Assembly: GCA_035403085.1 (NCBI GenBank) | Contig: DAONEM010000008.1 | Span: 3,956 to 67,955, forward strand | Length of the DNA stretch: 64,000 bases | Reading direction: 5' to 3' | Source: Candidatus Aminicenantes bacterium | GTDB taxonomy: Bacteria; Acidobacteriota; Aminicenantia; JAMOAD01 | In this document: one piece after another, positions 1 through 9,948 of the stretch | How positions within the stretch are numbered: position 1 is the stretch's first letter | Layout: each line of letters starts with the position of its first letter | Notes under the pieces: generated by a model | Told to the model about the DNA's origin: nothing | The model's input: the letters and a program-made list of their open reading frames with translations, nothing else | The model's database searches: none | Translations under genes and position numbers: made by a program

Positions 1-306
1 ATGAACCAATACTACCGGCGCGGCTTGCAGCTCTCCACTGCGGACTCTTGGAAGCTGGCCAGGAAAAACGTGAAGAAGATGTTCCTCGTCGAAAAGATCG
101 CCGAAAGGGAGAAGATTCACGCCCAGGAGGCGGAGATTGAGGATTACATCGCTCAAGAGGCTCACCGTTACAATGTCCCCGCCGAAATGCTCAAGAGCTA
201 CCTCAAAGAGGAGCAGATCAACTCGATCGAGCACTCCGTCGCCAGGAGAAAAGTGTTGAAGTTCCTCGGGGAAAGTGCTAAAACGAAAGAAACATCCCAG
301 GGGTAA
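1..306 (+). CDS. tig: trigger factor, C-terminal fragment (5' end lies outside the window)
   Basis: The ORF runs off the left edge. Its charged helical C-terminal sequence resembles the trigger factor C-terminal arm. It sits directly upstream of clpP-clpX-lon, the canonical tig-clpPX-lon order. Confidence 0.7.
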   Translation: MNQYYRRGLQLSTADSWKLARKNVKKMFLVEKIAEREKIHAQEAEIEDYIAQEAHRYNVPAEMLKSYLKEEQINSIEHSVARRKVLKFLGESAKTKETSQG

Positions 307-310
307 TCCC

Positions 311-928
311 ATGAACGAGAGGATTTTCAACCAGGTTCCCTACGTCATCGAACAAACGGGAAGGGGCGAACGGGTCTACGACATCTACTCCCGTCTGCTG
401 AAGGACAACATCATCTTCGTCGGGTCGGAGATCAGCGACGCCATGGCCAACATCATCGTCGCTCAGCTTCTCTTCTTGGACGCCGAAACACCCGACAAGG
501 ACGTCTACCTCTACATCAACAGCCCGGGCGGCTCTGTTACCGCCGGGTTGGCTATCTACGACACCATGCAGTTCATCAGAAACGACGTGTCGACGATCTG
601 TATCGGTCAGGCCGCCAGCATGGGCGCCGTTCTTCTTGCCGCTGGAACACCGGGGAAGCGCTATATCCTTCCCAACTCCCGGGTCATGCTCCATCAACCC
701 CTGGGGGGGACACAGGGCGTGGCGGCGGATGTGGAGATCTACACTCAAGAGCTTCTGAGAATCAAGGACACGCTCTTCAAGATCCTCCAGAAACACACCG
801 GCCAAAGCCTGGCGAAACTGAAGAAGGACGCTGACAGAGACCTCTTTCTGAATGCGCAAGAAGCGGTCAAGTACAGCGTCGTCGACCGGATACTGGAGAA
901 GAGGGATGAAGAACAGCCGAAACGATAA
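311..928 (+). CDS. clpP: ATP-dependent Clp protease proteolytic subunit ClpP
   Basis: Translation from ATG 311 ([16 protein letters not shown]...) has ClpP hallmarks: INSPGGSV, the GQAASMG catalytic Ser and the MLHQP His. The 275 start in the ORF track would overlap tig and adds non-homologous residues. Confidence 0.95.
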   Translation: MNERIFNQVPYVIEQTGRGERVYDIYSRLLKDNIIFVGSEISDAMANIIVAQLLFLDAETPDKDVYLYINSPGGSVTAGLAIYDTMQFIRNDVSTICIGQAASMGAVLLAAGTPGKRYILPNSRVMLHQPLGGTQGVAADVEIYTQELLRIKDTLFKILQKHTGQSLAKLKKDADRDLFLNAQEAVKYSVVDRILEKRDEEQPKR

Positions 929-2171
929 CGAGCCCCGTTGCTCTTTCTGCGGAAAGAAGCGGAACGAGGTGGGGCAGCTCATCATGGGCCCCGGGGTCTA
1001 CATCTGCGATGAGTGCACCCGAGCCGCCTATACCCTGACCAACCCGGCCTCCACTCTCGACACCGCCCCTGCCCCCGAGGCGGCCCGTAAAGAGATCACC
1101 GAGCTTCCGACCCCCTCGAAGATCAAGCTCTTTCTGGACGATTACGTCATCGGACAGGAGAGCGCGAAGAAGAGGATTGCCGTGGCGGTTTACAACCACT
1201 ACAAGAGAATCTTCTGCGCCGAGAAGAAGGACGATTCCGTTGAACTCTCCAAGAGCAACATCTTCCTGATCGGGCCCACCGGTTCGGGGAAGACCCTGAT
1301 CGCCCAGACCCTCGCCAGGCTTCTCAACGTTCCCTTCGCCATCGCCGACGCCACGGCTCTCACCGAGGCCGGCTACGTCGGTGAAGACGTGGAGAACATC
1401 CTCACTGCCTTGGTTCAGAACGCCAAGGGGGATGTGAAGAAGGCTGAGAAAGGGATCATCTACGTCGACGAAATCGACAAGATCGCCCGCAAGGGGGACA
1501 ACCCCTCCATCACCAGAGACGTCTCCGGTGAGGGAGTCCAGCAGGCCCTCCTGAAGATCATCGAAGGAACAGTCTCCAACATTCCTCCCCAAGGAGGGAG
1601 GAAGCACCCCCATCAGGAGTTCCTTAAGGTCGACACGACCAACATCCTCTTCATCGTCGGAGGGGCCTTCATCGGCCTCGACAAGATCGTCGCCCGAAGG
1701 CTCGGGAGCGCCACGGTGGGCTTCAACTCCTCCCACACCGTCGTCAACCGGGATGATATTGGGTACCTCTACTCCCTGCTCCAACCGGAAGACCTGATCC
1801 AGTTCGGGATGATCCCCGAGTTTGTCGGCCGAGTCCCCATCATGGCCACTCTCCACGACCTGAAGGAAGAGGAGATGGTGAAGATTCTCACGGAACCCAA
1901 GAACGCCATCATCAAGCAGTACCAGAAGCTCTTCCGGATGGAAAAGGTGGACCTCAAGTTCGAACGGGGCGCCCTCGCCTTCATCGCCAGGGAGGCTCTG
2001 AAGAGAAAGGTGGGCGCTCGGGGGTTGAGGGGGATCATCGAAGACGTGATGAACGACGTGATGTTTTATCTCCCTGACAGCCGCGGTTTGGAGAGCTTTA
2101 CCATTACCGAGGAGATGGTCAAAGAGAAGAAACGCCTATTCCAGGAGTTCAAGAAAGCCGCGGGGCTATGA
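906..2171 (+). CDS. clpX: ATP-dependent Clp protease ATP-binding subunit ClpX
   Basis: It has the N-terminal zinc ribbon CSFCGKK...CDEC, Walker A GPTGSGKT and Walker [10 protein letters not shown]. Start is taken at ATG 906 ([16 protein letters not shown]). Confidence 0.95.
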   Translation: MKNSRNDNEPRCSFCGKKRNEVGQLIMGPGVYICDECTRAAYTLTNPASTLDTAPAPEAARKEITELPTPSKIKLFLDDYVIGQESAKKRIAVAVYNHYKRIFCAEKKDDSVELSKSNIFLIGPTGSGKTLIAQTLARLLNVPFAIADATALTEAGYVGEDVENILTALVQNAKGDVKKAEKGIIYVDEIDKIARKGDNPSITRDVSGEGVQQALLKIIEGTVSNIPPQGGRKHPHQEFLKVDTTNILFIVGGAFIGLDKIVARRLGSATVGFNSSHTVVNRDDIGYLYSLLQPEDLIQFGMIPEFVGRVPIMATLHDLKEEEMVKILTEPKNAIIKQYQKLFRMEKVDLKFERGALAFIAREALKRKVGARGLRGIIEDVMNDVMFYLPDSRGLESFTITEEMVKEKKRLFQEFKKAAGL

Positions 2172-4549
2172 AGAACATACCCGAAAATTACCGTACCTTG
2201 CCTCTGATCCCCCTTCGGGAGATGGTGATCTTTCCGTCTACCCTGGTCCCCTTTCTCATCGGGCGTCATACCTCCCTCTCCGCACTGGACATGGCCCTCA
2301 CCAAGGACAAGGCCCTCTTCCTCACGGCCCAGCTCAACCCAACCGTCGACCTTCCCAAGCCGAAGGACATGTACACCGTCGGTGTGGAAGCCCGGGTCGT
2401 CCAAACCGCCCAATCCCAGGACAACAACGTCAAGGTTGTGGTCGAGGCGATCCGGCGGGCCCGAGTGGTCGAGTACGTCCGCTTCTACCCCTACTATGAG
2501 GTCTTGGTCAAAGAGCTTCCTCAGGTCTCCTACAACGCCGAGGATTTTCAGAAGCACTTCGCTCTGATGATGCAGCTCTTCAAGGAGTTTATGGCGCTTC
2601 CGACGGAGAGTTCCCTGGAGGCGATCATCCCGGCGGCGGTTGCCAGCGATCCTCAACGGATTGTCGACATCGTCTCCTCCCAGCTTCCCCTTCCTCTGAC
2701 GGATAAGCAGAACCTTCTGGAGATCATCAACCCTCTGGAGAGGGTCTTCCGACTTACCTCCCACCTGCGTGAGGAGATCAGAGCCAGGCGTGAGAGGAGG
2801 GAGAGCTCTCCCCTCTCGCGCAAAGAGGGGAAGAAAGGTCCCATCCCGAGCCCCGCGTCTCCCTTGCCGGAAGAGGAGGACATCGCCGATAACCCCGAGA
2901 TTGAGGCGCTTCGACAGAAGATTGAGAAGTCGGGGATGCCCGAGGCCGCCCGGGAGAAGGCCCTCAAAGAGTTGGAAAGGCTTGAGATGATGCCCCCTTC
3001 CGCCGCGGAGGCGACGGTTTCCAGGAGCTACGTGGACTGGATGGTGGCCCTCCCCTGGAAGACCAGGACCAAAGAGAGGAAAAACCTCAAAGAGGCCAGG
3101 CGGATTCTTGAGAGCGAACACTTCGGTTTGGAGAAGGTCAAGGAGAGAATCCTCGAGTTCTTGGCGGTCCGTCACCTCGTGAAGGTTCCCAAGAGCCCGA
3201 TTCTCTGCTTCGTGGGCCCTCCCGGCGTGGGAAAGAGCTCCCTGGCCCAGTCCATTGCCAAGGCCATGGGGAGGAAGTTCGTCCACCTCTCCCTGGGTGG
3301 CGTGAGGGATGAGGCCGAGATCAAGGGGCACCGGAGAACCTACATAGGCTCCTACCCCGGGCAGATCGTTCACCAGATCAAGAGGGCCGGGGCCCGAAAC
3401 CCCGTCTTCCTCCTGGACGAGGTGGACAAGATGACCTCCGATTTCCGAGGAGATCCCGCCGCGGCCCTCCTGGAAGTCCTCGACCCTGAGCAGAACAAGG
3501 AGTTCGTCGACCGGTATCTGGATGTTGAGTTCGACCTCTCCGATGTCTTCTTCATCACCACCGCCAACAACCTTCAACCCGTTCCGGCGGCTCTGGTGGA
3601 CCGTATGGAAGTGATCGAGATCCCCGGGTACACGGAGCTGGAGAAGCTGAAGATCGCCCAGAACTATCTGCTTAAGAAGCAGAAGGCCCTCAACGGCCTC
3701 AAGGAACAGCACTTGGAACTGCCTGAGGAGACCTTGGAGGAGATCATCCGCCGTTACACCAGGGAGAGCGGAGTTCGAAACCTGGAGAGGATGATCGGCA
3801 AGGTCTGCCGTCGAGTGGCCTTTCGGTTCGTCGAAAGCGGCAAGAAGGAGAACCTCCGGATCGAACGGGACGAGTTGAAAGAGTACCTGGGGGTTCCCAA
3901 ACATCGGCTTACTGCCAGGGAAGAGAAGGAAGAGGTGGGAGTCGTCACCGGCCTCGCCTGGACCGAGGTGGGTGGTGATCTGCTGACCTTCGAGGTGAGG
4001 CTGATCCCCGGAAAGGGGGAGCTCAGACTGACGGGAAGGCTCGGCGAGGTGATGCAGGAATCGGCGCAAACAGCCTTCTCCTATGTGAAGTCTCACCTCG
4101 GGGAGCTCAAGTACGACCTCTCCTTCCTCAAGGAGTACGATATCCACATTCATGTCCCCGAGGGAGCCGTTCCCAAGGAGGGACCCTCCGCGGGGGTGAC
4201 CATCGCCACCGCTCTCATCTCTTTGGTTCTGGGGTTGCCTGTCGGTAACAACCTGGCCATGACCGGGGAGATAACCCTCCGGGGAAGAGTGCTTCCCATC
4301 GGAGGGTTGAAGGAGAAGCTGGTCGCCGCCCACAGGGAACACGTGGAGACGGTCTTGATCCCCTTTGAGAATGAAGCGGAACTCAAGGAGGTCCCGGAGG
4401 AGATCACCAGGGACCTGAAGATTCAATTGGTAAAGTCCATGGACGAGGTCTTCCGCCTCGTCTTTCGCCAGGAGCTGAAGAAGGGGTCCCACCAGCTTCC
4501 GGCAGCCTATTCCTATCCCACCAGAGAAAAGATGAGTGATCAAAATTAA
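2168..4549 (+). CDS. lon: ATP-dependent protease Lon (LonA type)
   Basis: 793 aa with an N-terminal LON domain, Walker [10 protein letters not shown], and a protease domain with [10 protein letters not shown] (catalytic Ser) and GGLKEK (Lys). Its ATG overlaps the clpX stop in an ATGA. Confidence 0.95.
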   Translation: MKNIPENYRTLPLIPLREMVIFPSTLVPFLIGRHTSLSALDMALTKDKALFLTAQLNPTVDLPKPKDMYTVGVEARVVQTAQSQDNNVKVVVEAIRRARVVEYVRFYPYYEVLVKELPQVSYNAEDFQKHFALMMQLFKEFMALPTESSLEAIIPAAVASDPQRIVDIVSSQLPLPLTDKQNLLEIINPLERVFRLTSHLREEIRARRERRESSPLSRKEGKKGPIPSPASPLPEEEDIADNPEIEALRQKIEKSGMPEAAREKALKELERLEMMPPSAAEATVSRSYVDWMVALPWKTRTKERKNLKEARRILESEHFGLEKVKERILEFLAVRHLVKVPKSPILCFVGPPGVGKSSLAQSIAKAMGRKFVHLSLGGVRDEAEIKGHRRTYIGSYPGQIVHQIKRAGARNPVFLLDEVDKMTSDFRGDPAAALLEVLDPEQNKEFVDRYLDVEFDLSDVFFITTANNLQPVPAALVDRMEVIEIPGYTELEKLKIAQNYLLKKQKALNGLKEQHLELPEETLEEIIRRYTRESGVRNLERMIGKVCRRVAFRFVESGKKENLRIERDELKEYLGVPKHRLTAREEKEEVGVVTGLAWTEVGGDLLTFEVRLIPGKGELRLTGRLGEVMQESAQTAFSYVKSHLGELKYDLSFLKEYDIHIHVPEGAVPKEGPSAGVTIATALISLVLGLPVGNNLAMTGEITLRGRVLPIGGLKEKLVAAHREHVETVLIPFENEAELKEVPEEITRDLKIQLVKSMDEVFRLVFRQELKKGSHQLPAAYSYPTREKMSDQN

Positions 4550-5123
4550 CGAGTGTGTCCTGGCCCGGACCGCCTATGGGGTCGACGGTTTTCTCAAAGA
4601 CCGGTTAAAAAAAATCGTCTTCGCCGGACGTTCGAACGTGGGGAAGTCCTCCATGATCAACTCCCTGCTCAACCGCCGTTCCTTGGCCCAAGTGAGTTCC
4701 ACCCCCGGAAAGACCAGATCGGTGAACTACTACCTGATCAACGGCTCCTTCTACCTTGTCGACCTTCCCGGCTACGGCTTCGCCAAGGTGAGGGACGAGG
4801 AGAAGCAGAAGTGGTCGCTTTTGATGGAGGAGTTCTTTTCTCGGGAAAAATATGTTACCCTATTGGGTCTTCTTATCGATTCCCAAGTGGGGCCGACCCC
4901 GTTCGACGAAAACATGCTGGGTGCGGCCTCTTTGTACAAACTACCAACCCTGCTCATCGCAACCAAATGCGATAAATTGAATAACGACGAAAAAAAACAA
5001 AGATCCCGGAGATGGGAGGGGGAGACGGGGGTTCCCGTTCTGCCCTACTCTTCGAAATCCGGGGAAGGAAGGAGAGAACTGTGGCAAACCATCGAAAACA
5101 TACTGGAGGATCGGAACCCATGA
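4536..5123 (+). CDS. engB: ribosome biogenesis GTP-binding protein EngB/YsxC/YihA
   Basis: It has the G1 motif [10 protein letters not shown]3 DLPGYG and G4 TKCDK. The GTG start overlaps the end of lon. Confidence 0.88.
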   Translation: MIKINECVLARTAYGVDGFLKDRLKKIVFAGRSNVGKSSMINSLLNRRSLAQVSSTPGKTRSVNYYLINGSFYLVDLPGYGFAKVRDEEKQKWSLLMEEFFSREKYVTLLGLLIDSQVGPTPFDENMLGAASLYKLPTLLIATKCDKLNNDEKKQRSRRWEGETGVPVLPYSSKSGEGRRELWQTIENILEDRNP

Positions 5124-6424
5124 TGAAAAACACCGTCGAAGAGATCGACGACCAAACTCTTCTGAAACTGGAGGAGCTTGAGAAGCGGACCCTTGTCCAG
5201 CTTCAGAAGGTCGCCAAAGAGATCGGAATCGGCGGCATCTCCTTCTTGAAGAAGCAGGAGATCATCTTCAAGATCCTCGAAGCCCAGGCCCGCGCCAAGG
5301 GGTACCTCTTCGCAGAAGGCGTTCTTGAGGTCCTTCCCGAAGGCTATGGCTTTCTCAGGTTTCCGGTTTACTCCTACCTGCCCAGCTCGGAAGACATCTA
5401 CGTCTCCCCCTCCCAGGTGAGAAAGTTCGACCTGCGGATGGGCGACACCGTCTCCGGTTGGATTCGCCCTCCCAAGGACAATGAGAAGTACTTCGCCCTG
5501 ATCCACCTGGATGCCATCAACTTCCTGCCCGTCGAGCAGGCCGTCCGGGTCCGTAGCGGCGTGCGCTTCGAGCAACTGACCCCCCTCCATCCCTTCGAGA
5601 AGATCAACCTGGAGACCTCCAAGGAGAACCTCTCGGCCAGGGTCATGGACCTCTTGACCCCGATCGGGAAGGGGCAGAGAGGGCTGATCGTCGCGGCCCC
5701 CAGGACGGGGAAGACCGTTCTTCTTCAGACGATCGCCAAATCCATCGAGATGAACCAGCCGGAGATGTACGTCATCGTCTTGCTCATCGACGAGAGGCCC
5801 GAGGAGGTGACGGACATGCAGAGGAACGTGAAGGGTGAGGTGGTCGCCTCTACCTTCGATGAGCCGCCGACGCGCCACGTCAAGGTCGCCGAGATGGTCA
5901 TCGACAAGGCCCGCCGTCTCGTCGAGCACGGCAAGGATGTGGTGATCCTCCTGGACAGCATCACCCGTCTGGCTAGAGCCTACAACTCGGTTATCCCGAC
6001 CTCCAAGCGGATCATGTCGGGAGGCTTGGACGCCAACGCCCTTCACAAGCCGAAGAAGTTCTTCGGAGCCGCTCGAAAGATCGAGAACGGGGGTAGCTTG
6101 ACGATCATGGCCACCGCCCTGATCGATACGGGCAGCCGGATGGACGAGGTCATCTTCGAGGAGTTCAAGGGGACGGGCAACATGGAGATCAACCTCGACA
6201 GACGCCTTGTCGACAAGAGGGTCTTCCCGGCGATCGATATCTTCAAGTCCGGCACCCGGAAAGAGGAGCTCCTCATCCCCGCCGAGGATCTCGGTCGGAT
6301 CTGGGTCTTGAGAAAGGTCCTCTCTCAGCTCAGCGAGCTGGAGGCCATGGAACTTCTCGTGGACAAGCTTGGTAAGACCAAGACGAACAAAGAGTTTCTC
6401 AACTCTATGTCCCGAGGGATCTAA
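5120..6424 (+). CDS. rho: transcription termination factor Rho
   Basis: It has the N-terminal Rho_N region ([10 protein letters not shown]), an RNA-binding domain, Walker A APPRTGKT and the C-terminal RecA-like ATPase. Start is at ATG 5120, overlapping the engB stop. The upstream 36 codons in the ORF track are non-homologous. Confidence 0.95.
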   Translation: MMKNTVEEIDDQTLLKLEELEKRTLVQLQKVAKEIGIGGISFLKKQEIIFKILEAQARAKGYLFAEGVLEVLPEGYGFLRFPVYSYLPSSEDIYVSPSQVRKFDLRMGDTVSGWIRPPKDNEKYFALIHLDAINFLPVEQAVRVRSGVRFEQLTPLHPFEKINLETSKENLSARVMDLLTPIGKGQRGLIVAAPRTGKTVLLQTIAKSIEMNQPEMYVIVLLIDERPEEVTDMQRNVKGEVVASTFDEPPTRHVKVAEMVIDKARRLVEHGKDVVILLDSITRLARAYNSVIPTSKRIMSGGLDANALHKPKKFFGAARKIENGGSLTIMATALIDTGSRMDEVIFEEFKGTGNMEINLDRRLVDKRVFPAIDIFKSGTRKEELLIPAEDLGRIWVLRKVLSQLSELEAMELLVDKLGKTKTNKEFLNSMSRGI

Positions 6425-6429
6425 AGGAG

Positions 6430-7800
6430 ATGTCCTTTTTAATCCATGTTGTCGATGATGAGCCGATTATCCACGACATTCTGAGGAGGATCTTCAAGGA
6501 TGAAGAGTATACCCTGGAGTTCTCCACAAACTACGAAGAGGCGGTAGAGAAGCATAAACGGCGACGTTTCGACCTGGTCCTCCTGGATCTGATGATCCCT
6601 GGGACCTCTGGGCTGAAGATTCTCCGGGAGCTTAGGAAGAGCGACGAGGATGTGAAGGTCATCATCATGACCGCTTACGCCACCCTGGAGAGCGCCGTGG
6701 AAGCGGTCGAGCTTGGGAGCATAGATTACATCCACAAGCCCTTCGACAACAAGGAACTCCTCGAGATGGTCCGAAGCGCTCTCCGCTCGGATAACAAACG
6801 GGGGATAGAAGAGATAAAGGATTCCCTTCAGCAGGGGCAGGCCTTTCACAACATCGTCGGCGCCAGCGGCGCCATGCGCAGTGTTGTGGAGAAGATCAAG
6901 AAGGTCGCCAAAACCAACAGCACCGTTCTCATCGAAGGGGAGAGCGGCACCGGGAAAGAGCTGGCCGCTCGAGCGGTTCACATGGAGTCCCTGCGCAGTT
7001 CGGCTCCCTTCGTCGTCGCCTATTCGGCTCCAGACGAGTTGTTGGAAAGTAACCTCTTCGGCCACAAGAAGGGCTCTTTCACGGGCGCTACCGCCGACAA
7101 GACGGGACTCTTCGATGTGGCCCACGGAGGGACGATCTTCTTCGACGATGTGGCCACCGTCCCCATGAGCGTTCAGGCGAAACTCCTGAGGGTTATCCAG
7201 GAGAGGGAGTTCATCGTCGTTGGAGAGACCACCGTCAGAAAGGCCGATGTCAGAGTCATTGCGGCGACGAATCAGAACCTCAAGGAGATGGTCTCCGCGG
7301 GGACCTTTCGGGAGGACCTCTACTACCGGCTCAACGTTGTCAAGATTCTCCTTCCCCCCCTGAGGGAGAGGAAGGAGGATATTCCCCTCCTGGTGGAGCG
7401 GTTTATCGAGAAGTACAACTCCATCAACAACAAGAGCCTGAAGGGGATCACCGACGGGGCCCTGAAGATTCTCGAGAGCCTCTCCTGGCCTGGGAACGTG
7501 AGGGAGTTGGAGAACGTTGTCGAGAGCGGCCTGATCATGAGTGATGGGGAGAGAATCCGACCGGAGGATCTCCCGGTCGAGCTTGTCTATGGAGAGCCCA
7601 CGGCTCTTCCGAGCCTGCTGAAGGTGGACGGGACTCCCTTTAAAGACAAGGTGGACCTCTTCCAAAAGAGCCTCATCAGCGAGGCCCTCCGCCAGGCCGA
7701 CGGAGTCCAGAAGAGGGCCGCCGAACTCCTGATGATGAAGGCCACGACGCTGAACGAGATGATGAAGAGACTGGGGTTTATGGGCGATGGAAAAGATTAA
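6430..7800 (+). CDS. sigma54-dependent response regulator (NtrC family: receiver + AAA+ + Fis-type HTH)
   Basis: The receiver domain is VVDDEP...LVLLDLMIPG. The AAA+ domain has GESGTGKE and a GAFTGA-loop variant GSFTGA. The C-terminal HTH is QKRAAELLMMKATTLNEMMKRLG. No sensor kinase is adjacent. Confidence 0.9.
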   Translation: MSFLIHVVDDEPIIHDILRRIFKDEEYTLEFSTNYEEAVEKHKRRRFDLVLLDLMIPGTSGLKILRELRKSDEDVKVIIMTAYATLESAVEAVELGSIDYIHKPFDNKELLEMVRSALRSDNKRGIEEIKDSLQQGQAFHNIVGASGAMRSVVEKIKKVAKTNSTVLIEGESGTGKELAARAVHMESLRSSAPFVVAYSAPDELLESNLFGHKKGSFTGATADKTGLFDVAHGGTIFFDDVATVPMSVQAKLLRVIQEREFIVVGETTVRKADVRVIAATNQNLKEMVSAGTFREDLYYRLNVVKILLPPLRERKEDIPLLVERFIEKYNSINNKSLKGITDGALKILESLSWPGNVRELENVVESGLIMSDGERIRPEDLPVELVYGEPTALPSLLKVDGTPFKDKVDLFQKSLISEALRQADGVQKRAAELLMMKATTLNEMMKRLGFMGDGKD

Positions 7801-8533
7801 ACTGATAAAGCTTCTCACCGACCGGAGAGTCGATTCCCGGAGGAAGATCAAAGAGATGATCCTCGAAGGGGATGTGACGCTGAGGGGTGAGGTTCTTCGA
7901 GAACCAGCCCGGTTGATCGCTCCCGAGGAGATGGAACAGATCCGTTTTCGGGGACGCAGGCTTCCTCTCCCTCCTCCGACGGTTTACCTCCTCTTGAACA
8001 AGCCTAGGGGCTACCTGACAACGCTCAAGGATCCCCATGGCAGGCCGACGATCATGGACCTGCTTCCCAAGGAGGTCAAGAAGCTGAAGGTCTTCCCCGT
8101 GGGAAGGCTTGACCTTCAGAGCGACGGGCTGGTCCTGCTGACCAACGACGGTGACGCGGCGGATTGGATCCTCCGGGGGGGGTGGGAGAAGGTCTACTTC
8201 GTGAAAGTCTCGGGCTTTCCCGAGGAGAAGAGCCTCGAGTACCTCCGCAAGGGCGTGAAACTGGAGAGCGGCGTGGTGACCCAGCCTTGCAAGATCAGGC
8301 CCCTTCGCTCCGCTAAGACGAACGCCTGGTTCGAGGTGGTCCTTCGGGAAGGGAAGAAGAACCAGATCCGAGAGATGTTCGACAGGGTTCACCACTCTGT
8401 CCTCAAACTTCAGAGGGTTTCCATCGGCCCGCTCTTGCTGAAAGGGATTCCCCCGGGGGGCATTAGAATCGTCGACCCCGAGGCTTTTCAAAAGTTTCTA
8501 GCGAAAGAGAGGGCAGAGAAGGGGGAGAGTTGA
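7787..8533 (+). CDS. rluB: RsuA/RluB-family pseudouridine synthase with N-terminal S4 domain
   Basis: It has an S4-like N-terminus, the GRLDLQSDGLVLLTNDG catalytic-Asp motif and a KKNQIREM motif. It overlaps the regulator's 3' end by 14 nt. Confidence 0.85.
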   Translation: MEKIKLIKLLTDRRVDSRRKIKEMILEGDVTLRGEVLREPARLIAPEEMEQIRFRGRRLPLPPPTVYLLLNKPRGYLTTLKDPHGRPTIMDLLPKEVKKLKVFPVGRLDLQSDGLVLLTNDGDAADWILRGGWEKVYFVKVSGFPEEKSLEYLRKGVKLESGVVTQPCKIRPLRSAKTNAWFEVVLREGKKNQIREMFDRVHHSVLKLQRVSIGPLLLKGIPPGGIRIVDPEAFQKFLAKERAEKGES

Positions 8534-9948
8534 GGGGCGAAGAGACGGTTGCTTTCCAGTCCGGTGAGGAGAGGGGGTTCTTCGCGAACCACTACACCCT
8601 CGCGCCGGGGGAGGAGGTCGCCGTTCTCTGCCGTTTTGCCCAGGGTGGTGATGACGGCGAGTTGCTCTCACAGCTCTTCTGCGAAGGGTTTGTAAGCCGC
8701 CTGGCCGATCTGAGGGGGAAGCGGAGCCCGGAGCTTTTTCAGGATGTCTACGACTCCTTGATGCGCCAGATCTCCGATTTCCGCAAAGAGCGGATCCGGA
8801 AGAGAGGGGAATGGCAGGAGAACCCGGAGGGAGGACTCTTCTGGATTCACCGCAACCGGCGAAGAGTGGATATCGTCTTATGGCTAGGGGGAGCCGTCGA
8901 AGAGAGAGAGGGGGAGGAGTGGCGCGTCCTGGGACGGGGAGAGAAAGGGATGACCGTTCTTACGGAGATTCCCTTCAAGAGACCTCTTAGGTTGAAGGGC
9001 GGCGAAGAGGCCTCCTTTCCCATCTGGAACCTTCTTCCCCCTCATGGCCTAGGGAAACGACTCTTCGGTTCCCTCTCCTGGATCGCCGTCCTCCTCTTTC
9101 TCCTGGGAGCCGTCGTCTGTTGGATCGGGGCGAGGGACCTGGGAGAGGGGCTGAGGGAGAAGAAGGCCGCCCAGGAGTCTCTTCTGGAGAGGGGATCCCT
9201 TCCCTCCTTACCCTATGGTGGGACGGAGCTCTTCCGGAGGGAGTTCCCGGGCACCTTAGCCCTCTACCGGGAGGGTCTGTGGAACCTCGTTGCCGGCTCA
9301 GACAGAGTGGTTGTCTACAACAGACAGGGGAAGAAGAGGGAAGTGGTCGCTCTGGACGGGCCCTATGACGGGCTCTTTCCCTTCGGCCAGGGGATCGTTC
9401 TCTACCGAAAGGGGGAGAAGAGAATCGCCCTCTTCCGGCTGGAAGAGGCCGGGCCTCTCCCTTGGCTCGTCCTGACGGCCCTTTCGGAGGAACGAACCCA
9501 CTACCTTCCGGCGGCACTCTTCCCCTTGGAACCTCTACCCCAAGGAGGGGAAAGTGAGCTCCTCTTCCGCTCCCCCCAGGGAGTGCTTCGCCTCCACCCC
9601 CTGGAAACTCCCCTGAGGGTTGAACTGATGGTCGTCGACGACCCTGCGAAGGTCCTTCGAAACCTCTACTCCCCAGGTCTTCTCTCCTTCTCCGGGGAGA
9701 ATCTTGTCGTGGAAGGCGAAGAGAAGAGGCTTTACCCACTTCCTCCTCAGGGGGGAAAAGATCTGGTGGACGCGAAGAGAGGAGATGGAAGGCTCTATCT
9801 CTTCTACAAGCGGGAGATCCTCCTGCTCAAGGATGGGGGAACACCCGTGAAAACGGTCCTCCCCTTCCCGCTCAAACGGGTCCTGAAGGGAGAAAGGAGC
9901 TTCCTCCTTCAGGGGGACGACCTTCTCTGGAGGGAGTGGCATGGTTGA
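8530..9948 (+). CDS. hypothetical bitopic membrane protein (about 180-aa cytoplasmic domain, 1 TM, about 270-aa extracytoplasmic domain)
   Basis: A 472-codon ORF whose TTG start overlaps the rluB stop (TTGA). It has one hydrophobic helix around aa 179-201 (LSWIAVLLFLLGAVVCWIGA). I recognise no family motif, and the start codon is uncertain. Confidence 0.6.
   Translation: MRGEETVAFQSGEERGFFANHYTLAPGEEVAVLCRFAQGGDDGELLSQLFCEGFVSRLADLRGKRSPELFQDVYDSLMRQISDFRKERIRKRGEWQENPEGGLFWIHRNRRRVDIVLWLGGAVEEREGEEWRVLGRGEKGMTVLTEIPFKRPLRLKGGEEASFPIWNLLPPHGLGKRLFGSLSWIAVLLFLLGAVVCWIGARDLGEGLREKKAAQESLLERGSLPSLPYGGTELFRREFPGTLALYREGLWNLVAGSDRVVVYNRQGKKREVVALDGPYDGLFPFGQGIVLYRKGEKRIALFRLEEAGPLPWLVLTALSEERTHYLPAALFPLEPLPQGGESELLFRSPQGVLRLHPLETPLRVELMVVDDPAKVLRNLYSPGLLSFSGENLVVEGEEKRLYPLPPQGGKDLVDAKRGDGRLYLFYKREILLLKDGGTPVKTVLPFPLKRVLKGERSFLLQGDDLLWREWHG

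Noticed and set aside
2066-4543. An 825-aa ORF antisense to lon. Similar long antisense ORFs lie at 278-985, 867-1856, 5045-6046, 6439-7851, 18086-19477, 20173-22476, 29818-31554, 44457-45971, 52625-53869 and 56657-58186.
   Set aside because: Each lies opposite a gene with unmistakable family motifs. Their translations are low-complexity and rich in Gly, Asp, Leu, Pro, Arg and His. These are the shadow frames expected in GC-rich, RNY-biased coding DNA.
4553-4975. A 140-aa alternative-frame ORF inside engB.
   Set aside because: The engB frame carries all GTPase motifs. The alternative frame is Arg/Pro-rich with no motif.
8987-9739. A 250-aa Arg/Pro/Ser-rich ORF antisense to the 8530-9948 hypothetical gene.
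   Set aside because: Its extreme low-complexity composition marks it as a shadow frame. However, the sense ORF has no homology support either, so confidence in the sense call is only moderate.
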